Shown: one piece after another, positions 10,873-20,354 of the stretch | How the letters are laid out: every line of letters begins with the position of its first letter | How positions within the stretch are numbered: the first letter of the stretch is position 1 | Source of the DNA: Syntrophales bacterium | GTDB lineage: Bacteria; Desulfobacterota; Syntrophia; Syntrophales; UBA2210 | Length of the DNA: 64,000 nucleotides | Direction of reading: 5' to 3' | NCBI GenBank assembly: GCA_963666365.2 | Contig: CAXXNF010000002.1 | Coordinates: forward strand, 896,001 to 960,000 | Program-made: the position numbers and the translations under genes | The notes under the pieces: model-generated | What the model was told of the DNA's origin: nothing | What the model saw: only the letters and a program-made list of their open reading frames with translations | Databases searched by the model: none

Positions 10873-11286
10873 TCACTTCAGCAGTAGTTTCTTCAAATTT
10901 TCGAGTTTTATTCGATAGGTGCCGTAGGGCGTTCTTCCATATGCCGTGAAATTCTTTTTTGTAACCAGCGCTATTGTTTCTTTTTTCTCTTTAAGTGTTA
11001 TTTCAATGGTAAGTTCCCCACCTTCGAGAAAAAAAGCGACGGCATGTATGTTCTCAAAAGGAACTGTGTATTCGCCTTTGCCCCTCTTTCCTTCAAGAAA
11101 TGTCTTTCCCTCAATGCTGACCTCTGAGCATTCCGTCAGAACATCGTTTTGATCCACAAAGATCGCACTGAATTTTTTTTCAGGCCTGGGGATAGTCTCT
11201 GACGTAGTATTACCGACAAGCCCTCCCATACCAAGCACAAAGGGAATCGCAATCAGCATGAATGCAACTGCCGTGATTCGTTTCAT
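10873..11286 (-). CDS. Hypothetical exported protein
   Basis: Signal-like N-terminus (..FVLGMGG); overlaps the upstream gene by 4 nt. Confidence 0.7.
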   Translation of the reverse strand: MKRITAVAFMLIAIPFVLGMGGLVGNTTSETIPRPEKKFSAIFVDQNDVLTECSEVSIEGKTFLEGKRGKGEYTVPFENIHAVAFFLEGGELTIEITLKEKKETIALVTKKNFTAYGRTPYGTYRIKLENLKKLLLK

Positions 11287-11522
11287 CCTATTTCTCCATT
11301 GTCTATCGCAGTGTAGGTGATTTCATGTTTCAAGTCTGCCAGGATCCTATCGACAAGATCGAGGAAATCTGGAGCAATCAGAAGCTTTATAATTGACTTT
11401 TCGGGGTCGATGGTGGTCGCATAGGCGATTCCTTCATATCCCTCGAGCACATATCTGATATAGGAAATATCCTTCTTATGAACTCGAAGATCACGTTCAA
11501 CCATGTCGCGCTTTTCGGCCAT
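11283..11522 (-). CDS. Small conserved protein (DUF4911-like)
   Basis: DISYIRYVLEGYEGIA..TTID pattern. Confidence 0.7.
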   Translation of the reverse strand: MAEKRDMVERDLRVHKKDISYIRYVLEGYEGIAYATTIDPEKSIIKLLIAPDFLDLVDRILADLKHEITYTAIDNGEIG

Positions 11523-11596
11523 AAATCCACTACTTCCTTATTTTTCCTCAGAAAATAGCATCGGAATCACGAAATATCAAGCAAATAAATCCTGCC

Positions 11597-11625
11597 TTGA
11601 CAGAGCGACCATGCTCGTTTATAGT
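11597..11625 (+). promoter_or_regulatory. sigma70 promoter for recJ
   Basis: TTGACA-17 nt-TATAGT. Confidence 0.75.
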
Positions 11626-11745
11626 TCCATTGCCGTTTTGGGTTCACCATATCGGAGTGGAGGGACTCATTTGATGACGCCATAGTCCGATACATTTCTG
11701 GATTTGCTCAAACATCGCTTACACACCTTGCTGCGGAGAGATTTG

Positions 11746-13476
11746 ATGCCGACCATATCCCAGTGGAGACTATCCAACAACAACAGTACGGGGAAAAAAC
11801 GTCTTGCTGCCGAGCTTGGCATTAATCATTTAATATCTCAGATACTTATCAACAGAAATATCGAAAGCCCCGATGAGGCGAAAAAGTTTCTTTTCCCTTC
11901 GCTGAAAGATCTTCACAACCCCTTTCTTATGAAAGATATGGAAAAAGGGGTCGATCGTGTAATAGACGCAATAATTCGCGGGCAGAAAATCACCGTGTAC
12001 GGCGATTACGATGCAGACGGTATTACGTCCACCGTTATTCTGGTCAAATTTTTAAAGGAGTGTTGCGACAATGTATCCTTTTACATTCCGGACAGAATCA
12101 GAGAGGGCTATGGACTTAATATAGAGGCCGTCGATATGATAAAGAAAGACGGCTCGCAACTGATTCTGACGGTGGATTGCGGAATTTCAAATCACAAAGA
12201 AATCGATTACGCCTTAACCCTGGGGATTGACACAGTAGTGCTTGACCACCACGAAGTGCCGGAGACACTTCCCCGCGCAACAGCCGCTATAAACCCCAAT
12301 CGCAGGGACAGTGCGTTCCCTTTCCGCTCTCTCGCCGGTGTGGGCGTCGTGTTTAATTTCCTTATCGCCCTGAGAGGGACCCTGCGCAACAGGGGATTCT
12401 GGAAAAACAGGCAATACCCTAACCTCAAAGCCTATCTCGATCTTGTGGCCTTGGGCACCATCGGAGATATGATGCCCCTTGTCGATGAAAACAGAATTTT
12501 TACGAAGATAGGACTTTCAATACTTGACCTTGACAGCAGAGCCGGCCTCAAGGCATTAAAACTCGTCAGTGGTCTTGAAAAGTCCGTCATTGATGCAGAA
12601 TCGGCGGCGTTTAAACTTATCCCGCGAATCAACGCCGCAGGGCGGGTGGGATCTCCTTACGATGCCGTGAAGCTTCTTTTAAGCAACGATTTCAGCGAAT
12701 CCCTTGTCATGGCGGAACGTCTCGATCAATATAACAGTCAGCGCCAAGAGATTGAAAGAACTATCGTCAAGGAATTACTTGAAATAATAGATGCCGAACT
12801 CGATCCTGGGGCACGTAGTTGTTTTGTTTTTTCGTCCACACGATGGCACCCCGGAGTCATCGGAATCGTTGCGTCGAAAATCGTCGAGCGCTACTATCGC
12901 CCTACGGTACTGATCAGCATTAAAGACGGAATCGGGAGAGGTTCCGCTCGAAGCATCGCGGAATATAATCTCTACGAGGGCCTTGAATCAAAATGTTCTC
13001 CCCTGCTTCTTTCATATGGCGGTCATCGCTATGCTGCAGGCATTTCGATTCGAGAGGAGGATATCCTCGATTTTTCCCGCCTCTTAAGTGAAGCGGTCGA
13101 AGTAGACATTGGAGACACACGGCCGACGCCACAGACAGTTATCGATGCTGAATGCACGCTCGGGGACATAGATTTTAATCTCCTTTCGCAGATAGAAATG
13201 CTTGCGCCCTTCGGAAATATGAATCCGGAACCGATATTCTGCGCGAAAGACATTTTCGTGGAATCCCACACGATGGTCGGCAACAACCACCTCAGGATGT
13301 CGCTCAGCGACAACACCATCGGCTATGATTCAATATGGTTTAACAGGGGAAATCTTTTCGGTTCTCTCGACGGTTCAAAAGTGGATATCGCCTTCACGCC
13401 CCAACTCAACCGATGGAAAGGCATGAGCAATATTCAACTGAAAATTAGAGATTTATCGATGAACCTTGCAAGTTAA
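11746..13476 (+). CDS. recJ: Single-stranded-DNA exonuclease RecJ
   Basis: YGDYDADG, TVDCG, DHH, PRINAAGR, GSARS, GGH.YAAG; ATG 11746 preferred over TTG 11704. Confidence 0.97.
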   Translation: MPTISQWRLSNNNSTGKKRLAAELGINHLISQILINRNIESPDEAKKFLFPSLKDLHNPFLMKDMEKGVDRVIDAIIRGQKITVYGDYDADGITSTVILVKFLKECCDNVSFYIPDRIREGYGLNIEAVDMIKKDGSQLILTVDCGISNHKEIDYALTLGIDTVVLDHHEVPETLPRATAAINPNRRDSAFPFRSLAGVGVVFNFLIALRGTLRNRGFWKNRQYPNLKAYLDLVALGTIGDMMPLVDENRIFTKIGLSILDLDSRAGLKALKLVSGLEKSVIDAESAAFKLIPRINAAGRVGSPYDAVKLLLSNDFSESLVMAERLDQYNSQRQEIERTIVKELLEIIDAELDPGARSCFVFSSTRWHPGVIGIVASKIVERYYRPTVLISIKDGIGRGSARSIAEYNLYEGLESKCSPLLLSYGGHRYAAGISIREEDILDFSRLLSEAVEVDIGDTRPTPQTVIDAECTLGDIDFNLLSQIEMLAPFGNMNPEPIFCAKDIFVESHTMVGNNHLRMSLSDNTIGYDSIWFNRGNLFGSLDGSKVDIAFTPQLNRWKGMSNIQLKIRDLSMNLAS

Positions 13477-13488
13477 TACCAAGAAAAA

Positions 13489-15567
13489 ATGTACCGGATA
13501 ACGCGCGCATTAAAAAAAATCCTGAATATCAATCTTCAAAGCCGCCTCATCCTCGGCTTTCTCATCGCCACATGTCTTACAGGCGGCATCGCCACTATCG
13601 TAGGGATACATCTCATCAGCAACAACACCATTGATGAGGTTCAACGAAAGGTCCAGCAGGACATCAACACTGCCCGTCTGATTTACGATCACCATATGGA
13701 ACGCCTTACCAGTCAAATAAACTGGATCGCAGTGCGTTCCCCGCTAGCCCGGATTGTACTCACCGGACAGTATACACAACTCGGCGACCTTTCTGATCTT
13801 ATACGCCACGATCCTGCTGCGGAATATGAACCTGCTTCCATTGATATGCTGTCACTTATCGATTCAAAGGGAAAGGTGCTGTACCGGGTATCCAATCCGG
13901 AGCGTTTCGGTGACACGGCCTTGTGGGATCCCGTCATCAGAATGTGCCTCGACAAGGGGACCTTGCAGTCCTCAACGGAACTGTTTCCCATATCAAGCGC
14001 GCTGGCTGAAAATCCGGCTATTCGGGAACGCACGTCCATGCCTATCATAGAAACCCCTCAGTCAATACGGATCGGCGACACCAAACTCTCCCATGTCATG
14101 GTCATGAGAGTGGCCTGCCCTATTCGTAACAAGGCGGGCGACGTCATCGGCGTTCTTGCCGGAGGCACGCTCATTAACAAGGATTATTCAATTGTCGATG
14201 AGATTAAGAAAACCGTCTATTCCAACGAAAAATATCGCGGCCTTGACATGGGATTCGCCACAATATTTCAGGGAGGCGTACGGATATCGACCAATGTAAT
14301 GACCGAGGACGGCACGCGGGCAATAGGAACTACGGTCTCAAATGAGGTTTATCGAACCGTCGTTGAGGAAGGCAAGCGCTGGATAGGAAGAGCCTTTGTA
14401 GTAAGCGACTGGTACATCAGTTCCTACATTCCCATTTACAACCTCCAGGGCGCCATCATTGGCATGCTGTATACGGGCATACTGGAAGCGAAGTATCGCG
14501 ATATGAAGTTGTCGGCAATGTGGATCTTTCTCGGCATCACCACTATTGGCATTATCGTGGCTTTTTTAATATCCTATACGCTGGGCAATACCATCATAGG
14601 AAGGATTCGTCTTTTGAAGGAAGCCACCGATGTAATCGCCTCCGGCAATCTCGATTACAAGCTCAGGTGTGAACGTTTCTCAGGATTCGACATGCTGGAC
14701 GAGGCATTTAACAATATGACCAGGTCACTTAAAGACCGAGACGATCGACTGAAGAAAGTGTTTCAGCAGCTGACGCGAACGGAACGACTTGCGGCTCTCG
14801 GACAGATTGCAGCCGGTGTTGCCCACGAAATCAACAATCCCCTCGGTGGCATACTCCTGTATGGCAATCTTGTGTTAGAAGAATTGGACCCGGATAAAAA
14901 AGATTTGCGCGCAAACATGGAAAAAATCATCTACCAGACCAATAGATGCAAAGAAATTGTGCAAAACCTTCTGGATTTTTCCAGAACTCCCTCGAGTGAG
15001 CTGCTTCCCTTTCAAATCAATAAGATTATTCATACTTCCCTGAATTTGCTGAAGGATCAATCGATGTTTCATGGAATCAACATCGAAACCCACCTCTCCG
15101 ACACGCTTCCTGACGTGATGGGAGACCAATGGCGTCTTGAACAAGTATTTTTAAATCTCTTTGTAAATGCCGCAGATGCCATGAACGGCAATGGCACGCT
15201 TAAAATTGAAACAAAGCTCATAGAACGATACTCTCACGACGAGACAACCGACGCCATGGAAACGGAAAAGGTCTGCCTTCTGACCAGTACGCGCACGGTA
15301 AAAATAACCGTCTCGGATACGGGCAAAGGCATCGATAAAAGCTACCTTCCCCATATTTTTGAGCCCTTTTTCACCACAAAAGAACCGGGGAAGGGAACGG
15401 GTCTGGGCTTGTCCATAACGTACGGAATTATAAAAAAACATAACGGCTTTATCGACATCGAAAGTGAGGATGGCAAGGGAACAACGGTCACGATCTATCT
15501 GCCGGCGCTGGAAAGGACTCAGGCTCACCCTGAATGGACCGGCGGAGAAGAACGGTACATAGGATAG
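13489..15567 (+). CDS. Membrane sensor histidine kinase (Cache-HAMP-HisKA-HATPase)
   Basis: Two TM helices flank a periplasmic domain (ATIFQGGVRISTNV...RAIGT); AHEINNPL; FEPFFTTK; GTGLGL. Confidence 0.93.
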   Translation: MYRITRALKKILNINLQSRLILGFLIATCLTGGIATIVGIHLISNNTIDEVQRKVQQDINTARLIYDHHMERLTSQINWIAVRSPLARIVLTGQYTQLGDLSDLIRHDPAAEYEPASIDMLSLIDSKGKVLYRVSNPERFGDTALWDPVIRMCLDKGTLQSSTELFPISSALAENPAIRERTSMPIIETPQSIRIGDTKLSHVMVMRVACPIRNKAGDVIGVLAGGTLINKDYSIVDEIKKTVYSNEKYRGLDMGFATIFQGGVRISTNVMTEDGTRAIGTTVSNEVYRTVVEEGKRWIGRAFVVSDWYISSYIPIYNLQGAIIGMLYTGILEAKYRDMKLSAMWIFLGITTIGIIVAFLISYTLGNTIIGRIRLLKEATDVIASGNLDYKLRCERFSGFDMLDEAFNNMTRSLKDRDDRLKKVFQQLTRTERLAALGQIAAGVAHEINNPLGGILLYGNLVLEELDPDKKDLRANMEKIIYQTNRCKEIVQNLLDFSRTPSSELLPFQINKIIHTSLNLLKDQSMFHGINIETHLSDTLPDVMGDQWRLEQVFLNLFVNAADAMNGNGTLKIETKLIERYSHDETTDAMETEKVCLLTSTRTVKITVSDTGKGIDKSYLPHIFEPFFTTKEPGKGTGLGLSITYGIIKKHNGFIDIESEDGKGTTVTIYLPALERTQAHPEWTGGEERYIG

Positions 15568-15579
15568 CAGAAGAAAACG

Positions 15580-15608
15580 TTGACTTCATTTTGCCGGCCC
15601 GGTAATAT
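15580..15608 (+). promoter_or_regulatory. Putative sigma70 promoter for response-regulator genes
   Basis: TTGACT-17 nt-TAATAT. Confidence 0.55.
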
Positions 15609-15721
15609 CAAAATACATATGTTCGAATTTTTGGGCTTCATGGCCGCAAGGTGTTTGTCTTCCTAAGAAATTGTGGCGGCAGTGCACATCAAAATTTCAC
15701 TACATCAGGAGGTAAGTGAAC

Positions 15722-16114
15722 ATGACTTCAGAAATGGGAAAAAAGGTTCTCCTTGTTGACGACGACCAGGATTTCCTGATGGCCACCAGACTTATACTCG
15801 AAAAAGGCGGGTTCAAAGTCGTTGCGGCTGAAGATGGAAAAGCAGGAATAGAAATGGCGGAATCTGAAAAACCCGATATTGCCATTATCGATATGATGAT
15901 GGAGACCTGGGGCGAAGGATTCTCGGTCATTTCAAAAATTCGCGAATTGGAATGCGGCAAAAAAATGCCCCTGATTGTATTGAGTTCAGTCGATCTTCAG
16001 GGACCATACCAATCTTTCGAACCTTCCGACGAGTTCCCTAAGGTTAACTTGGTACTGCAGAAGCCTGTCAAGGCCGAAGACCTTATTTCGTATATAAATG
16101 ATTTAACAAGTTGA
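15722..16114 (+). CDS. Single-domain response regulator
   Basis: LLVDDD, IIDMMM (phospho-Asp), KP; AGGAGG RBS. Confidence 0.92.
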   Translation: MTSEMGKKVLLVDDDQDFLMATRLILEKGGFKVVAAEDGKAGIEMAESEKPDIAIIDMMMETWGEGFSVISKIRELECGKKMPLIVLSSVDLQGPYQSFEPSDEFPKVNLVLQKPVKAEDLISYINDLTS

Positions 16115-16124
16115 TCACTGTGCT

Positions 16125-17222
16125 ATGTCGGAAATCTCCAATTCTGAGTACATACTCATTATAGATGATGAAGAATCCATTCGAGACGGCTGCAGACAAG
16201 CCCTTGAAAGATTTGGATTTCGAGTGCTTGCTGCGGCTGACGGCCAGGAAGGCATTAAAATCGCAAGAGAAATAGGACCGGCAATTGTATTTGTCGACCT
16301 GAAAATGCCCACGGTTTCCGGTATGGACGTAATCGAGGTGCTTTCGAGAGATATTGACGACATCGTGCTTATCGTCATTACGGGATACGCATCAATACTT
16401 TCCGCGGTAGAATCCCTCAAAAAAGGTGCCTATGATTACATCCCCAAGCCTTTTACCCCTGATCAACTCAGAGCGGTAGCCCGCCGCGCCCTGGATCACC
16501 GTAACCTTAAAATCGAGGCGAAAAAGCTTAAAGAGGAACGCGATCAAATCGAAAAAAACTTCATTACTTTCGTGAGTCACGAAATGCGCTCACCCCTTGC
16601 CACGATTCAGCAGTACATGGAAGCCCTCAGACTTGTGAGCGGCGATTGTCTCAGCACGGAGGCAATGGATATTATTGAACGGTGCAGCAAGCGGATTCAG
16701 AATTTGGAAGCGCTGGTGGAACGCTGGCTTGACATAAGCCGAATCGAAAACGAAACCTTTGCATCCGATGTCGAGCCTGTAAAGCTCATAACCGTGGTTG
16801 ACCGGGCTTCTGAAGAAATGTCCCATCTCTGTCAAATCCGCGGTCTCACCGTTGACACCGATATCCCCCCCGATCTGCCGGAAATCAAAGGCGACAAAGA
16901 AAGCCTGGTGCGGGTTCTCATAAACATCATCGGCAATGCAACCAAGTACACCGCCAGTGGAGGAACCATTTCGATTCACGCGCACCATGACGACCACTAC
17001 GTCAGCCTCAGCATCACGGACACCGGCGCCGGAATCCCGCGCGAGAAACTCCCTCTCATCTTTGAGCCCTTTTACCGCGTCGGAGGCAAAGAGGAACAGC
17101 ACAGAGGATCAGGACTTGGACTCACCTTCTGCAAAAAGATTATGGAGGCTCACAATGGAACTATCGGTGTGAGTTCTGAGGTGAATAAGGGAACAACGTT
17201 TACTCTCACTTTTCCTCGTTAG
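16125..17222 (+). CDS. Cytoplasmic hybrid receiver-histidine kinase
   Basis: IIDDE..DLKMP..KPF receiver, then SHEMRSPL, NATKYT, DTG.GI, GSGLGL. Confidence 0.93.
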   Translation: MSEISNSEYILIIDDEESIRDGCRQALERFGFRVLAAADGQEGIKIAREIGPAIVFVDLKMPTVSGMDVIEVLSRDIDDIVLIVITGYASILSAVESLKKGAYDYIPKPFTPDQLRAVARRALDHRNLKIEAKKLKEERDQIEKNFITFVSHEMRSPLATIQQYMEALRLVSGDCLSTEAMDIIERCSKRIQNLEALVERWLDISRIENETFASDVEPVKLITVVDRASEEMSHLCQIRGLTVDTDIPPDLPEIKGDKESLVRVLINIIGNATKYTASGGTISIHAHHDDHYVSLSITDTGAGIPREKLPLIFEPFYRVGGKEEQHRGSGLGLTFCKKIMEAHNGTIGVSSEVNKGTTFTLTFPR

Positions 17223-17245
17223 GGGTTACAGGCAGACGCCGCTAT

Positions 17246-17470
17246 ATGGATATTTTTGACTCAAAATGTTATGAATTTCACGAAGAGGATCTTTCAGATC
17301 AGTGCTTTATCTGTAAGCATAATTCAAAAAAATGCTTTATCATGCGACACATCGGAAGCATGAAGATGGTCCATCTCTGCGAATCCTGCATGCTGTCGCA
17401 TCTTTCCGAGTATTATCTGGACAACACGCGCCCGTGGATCGGCAAAAGCGATCGTAAACAGCGGAAATAA
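17246..17470 (+). CDS. Small putative zinc-binding protein
   Basis: 74 aa with CFIC and CESC pairs; fills the gap after the kinase gene. Confidence 0.6.
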   Translation: MDIFDSKCYEFHEEDLSDQCFICKHNSKKCFIMRHIGSMKMVHLCESCMLSHLSEYYLDNTRPWIGKSDRKQRK

Positions 17471-17524
17471 AATCCTCTTGATCATGATGGTGTAAAATAA
17501 GTATGGCATGCCCTATTGAGTCTA

Positions 17525-18328
17525 TCAGAGCCACCGTTTTCTCCGCTTATAGGACTTCACATCACCATAGGATTTTTTGTCACCCGTAGCGGCCATTCCA
17601 AGGTAGAACTCCTTTACGTCGGGGTTTTCTTTGAGATCGCCCGCGGAGCCTTCCATAACGATTTTACCGTTTTCCATCACGTACCCGTAATGGGCGATCT
17701 GCAGGGCGATATTGGCGTTCTGTTCCACCAGGACGATGGTTGTCTTCTGTTCTTCGTTAATTCTCTTTATGATCTTGAATATTTCGCGCACAATCAGGGG
17801 AGCAAGTCCAAGCGACGGTTCGTCGAGAAGCAGCAGTTTTGGATGGGCCATAAGCGCTCTTCCCATGACAAGCATTTGAAGTTCTCCGCCGCTGCAATAG
17901 CCCGCCATCGATTTTTTACGGGCCTTCAAAGCGGGGAAATACTCGTATATGAGATCCATATCTTTTTTGTAGGGCTTCCCCCACCTCGTTGCCGTACCGA
18001 CCCTCAAATTTTCTTCAATGGTGAGATATTTGAAAGGCTGTCGCCCCTCGAGCACCTGGATGATGCCCTTGCGTGTAATCGCCTCGGGAGATGAATTCTG
18101 TATCCTCATCCCCTGATATTCGATGGTGCCGTCGGTAACCTCGCCGTTTTCCGTTTTGAGGAGTCCCGAAATCGCCTTCAGCGTTGATGTTTTTCCCGCG
18201 CCGTTGCTTCCCAGAAGTGATACGATATCCCCTTCTTGTACAGAAAGAGACACGCCCTTGAGCACTTGAATCACGTCGGAATAGACAACACTGATATTGT
18301 TCAATTGAAGCATGGGAGTGATATCCAT
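17525..18328 (-). CDS. LIV-type ABC transporter ATPase (LivF-like)
   Basis: GSNGAGKT, SGGELQM, LLLDEPSLGLAP, VEQNA. Confidence 0.93.
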   Translation of the reverse strand: MDITPMLQLNNISVVYSDVIQVLKGVSLSVQEGDIVSLLGSNGAGKTSTLKAISGLLKTENGEVTDGTIEYQGMRIQNSSPEAITRKGIIQVLEGRQPFKYLTIEENLRVGTATRWGKPYKKDMDLIYEYFPALKARKKSMAGYCSGGELQMLVMGRALMAHPKLLLLDEPSLGLAPLIVREIFKIIKRINEEQKTTIVLVEQNANIALQIAHYGYVMENGKIVMEGSAGDLKENPDVKEFYLGMAATGDKKSYGDVKSYKRRKRWL

Positions 18329-18340
18329 GACTGCAGCTCC

Positions 18341-19420
18341 TTAGTATGAAAACGGCCATAGGCGAAAGCTTGAACGCACAATGCGCCATACCTCGGCTAA
18401 TCCTCGCGGTTCGAAAATAATGAACAGCACAATGGCCCCGCCAAAAGCCAGCTCTCTGAGGGGGGCGAGTGTGAGTTCGATACCCTGCATCATTCCCGTG
18501 TTCATCAGAAAATCGGTAAACCAGCGCAGACCTTCATTCAGGAATGTAATAAAGGTGGCGCCGAATATGGCGCCTGAAACGCTTCCCAGCCCTCCAATAA
18601 TCACCATGGCGATATATTCAACGGAAAGGCCCAGGGTGAAAGGTTCCGCCGATATGCTGGTCATGTAGAACGCCCACAGCCCCCCGGCGAGACCCGCATA
18701 GAACGAACTGATGCCGAAAGAAAGTATCTTGTAGCGGAATATTGGAATTCCCATACCTTCGGCGGCCCGATCATTGTCCCGTATGGCGATGAATGCGCGT
18801 CCGTATCGCGTTCTCACAATATTGACGGCCACAAGGGTCATGGCGATCAAAAAGATGTAGGATACGTAAAAGTATTTGACGTCCCCTTCCAGTGCGAAGC
18901 CGAACAGGGAGGGCATGGGCAGGACAATCCCCATGGTGCCCTTCGTCAGGCTTTCCCAGTGAATCAGCACATACTCAATTATAAACTGGCCGGCAAGTGT
19001 GGCGATGGTAAGGTAGAGTCCCTTCAGACGACCGGAGGGCAACCCGAATATCATTCCGACAAAGGCCGTCACAACACCTCCCGCAATAACGGCCGGAAGG
19101 AAGGGAAAGTGGAGATCAGTCGCCAGAATGGCGGCGGCATAGGCACCCACACCGAAAAATGCACCGTGGCCCAATGAAATCTGGCCGGTGAAACCGACAA
19201 GAATATTAAGTCCCAGGGCCGCGATCGAGGTAATCGCCACAAGATTCAACACATACATCGTATAGGGGCCGCATATCAAGGGCACTGCCGTGAAGAGAAT
19301 CAAAAGTCCGATACCCACGCATATTCTGCCGAAATCGGTTTCGAATATTTTCAGTTCCTCATTATAATTTTCAAAATAATTGCCGCAGGGATGCAGCGAC
19401 AGCCTTTTCAGTTTCCTCAT
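18341..19420 (-). CDS. LIV-type ABC permease (LivM-like)
   Basis: GQISLGHGAF, GLYL.IATLA, GRAFIAIRD, IIGGLGS. Confidence 0.93.
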   Translation of the reverse strand: MRKLKRLSLHPCGNYFENYNEELKIFETDFGRICVGIGLLILFTAVPLICGPYTMYVLNLVAITSIAALGLNILVGFTGQISLGHGAFFGVGAYAAAILATDLHFPFLPAVIAGGVVTAFVGMIFGLPSGRLKGLYLTIATLAGQFIIEYVLIHWESLTKGTMGIVLPMPSLFGFALEGDVKYFYVSYIFLIAMTLVAVNIVRTRYGRAFIAIRDNDRAAEGMGIPIFRYKILSFGISSFYAGLAGGLWAFYMTSISAEPFTLGLSVEYIAMVIIGGLGSVSGAIFGATFITFLNEGLRWFTDFLMNTGMMQGIELTLAPLRELAFGGAIVLFIIFEPRGLAEVWRIVRSSFRLWPFSY

Positions 19421-19443
19421 GCCCGTTGTCCTTTATGCATGTG

Positions 19444-20322
19444 CTACACCCGTTCGATTTCGACGAGGCCGAAGAGACCGTAGGGTCTCACCATAAGAAT
19501 GAATATCAGGAATATATAGGGAACGACATCCCGAAGAGAGGGGGAAATATATCCTCCCGTAAAGGTTTCCAGGAGGCCGATAATGAGCGCGGCGATAATA
19601 GCGCCGCCTATACTGTCAAGCCCGCCGAGAATAACGACGGGAAAGACCTTCAGCCCTACCGCGGACAGATCGTGCACATTGATTCCATTGATGATGCCGA
19701 GCACAATGCCACTCATGCCGGCAACAAGGGCGGCAATTGCCCAGGAGAGAGCGAACACCCTGCGGACGTGCACTCCCAGCGACATGGCCGCGGACTGATT
19801 ATCCGCAACGGACCGCATATAAATTCCCTGCGATGAATACTTGAAGAAGAGTCCGAATATAATGAGGAACGCCAGACCGATTATGATCGCCGTTACATAG
19901 ACCGGCGGCACAGTAATGTTTCCTAGATCTACTGCAAGCCATTTCGGAAGAAAATCGGGATAGATATAGAGGTTGCCTCCCCACACAAGCAGCATGAACC
20001 CCTTCAGCATGGCGGCGAGACCTACGGTGAGCATGATCACGTAAATAAGCGGCTCGCCGATCAACGGGCGCAGAAACAGCCGCTCAATCACGAACCCCAG
20101 CACGAAGCTTCCGGCCAGTGCGACAAGAAATGCAAAAAAAACAGGCAATCCCGCCCACGTTACAAGGGTAAGAAATATATAGGCGCCCAGCGCAAGCAAT
20201 TCACCATGGGCAAAATTAAGGACGCTCGATGATTTAAAGATCATGACAAATCCCATAGCAGCCAATCCGTAAAGAAAACCGATGCTTATGCCGTTGATCA
20301 AAAGTTGCAGGAAAAATTCCAT
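19444..20322 (-). CDS. LIV-type ABC permease (LivH-like)
   Basis: LNFAHGE, VILGGLDS, RPYGLFG. Confidence 0.93.
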   Translation of the reverse strand: MEFFLQLLINGISIGFLYGLAAMGFVMIFKSSSVLNFAHGELLALGAYIFLTLVTWAGLPVFFAFLVALAGSFVLGFVIERLFLRPLIGEPLIYVIMLTVGLAAMLKGFMLLVWGGNLYIYPDFLPKWLAVDLGNITVPPVYVTAIIIGLAFLIIFGLFFKYSSQGIYMRSVADNQSAAMSLGVHVRRVFALSWAIAALVAGMSGIVLGIINGINVHDLSAVGLKVFPVVILGGLDSIGGAIIAALIIGLLETFTGGYISPSLRDVVPYIFLIFILMVRPYGLFGLVEIERV

Positions 20323-20354
20323 CTACATGCCTCCATATTGTGGAACCTTTTTTC

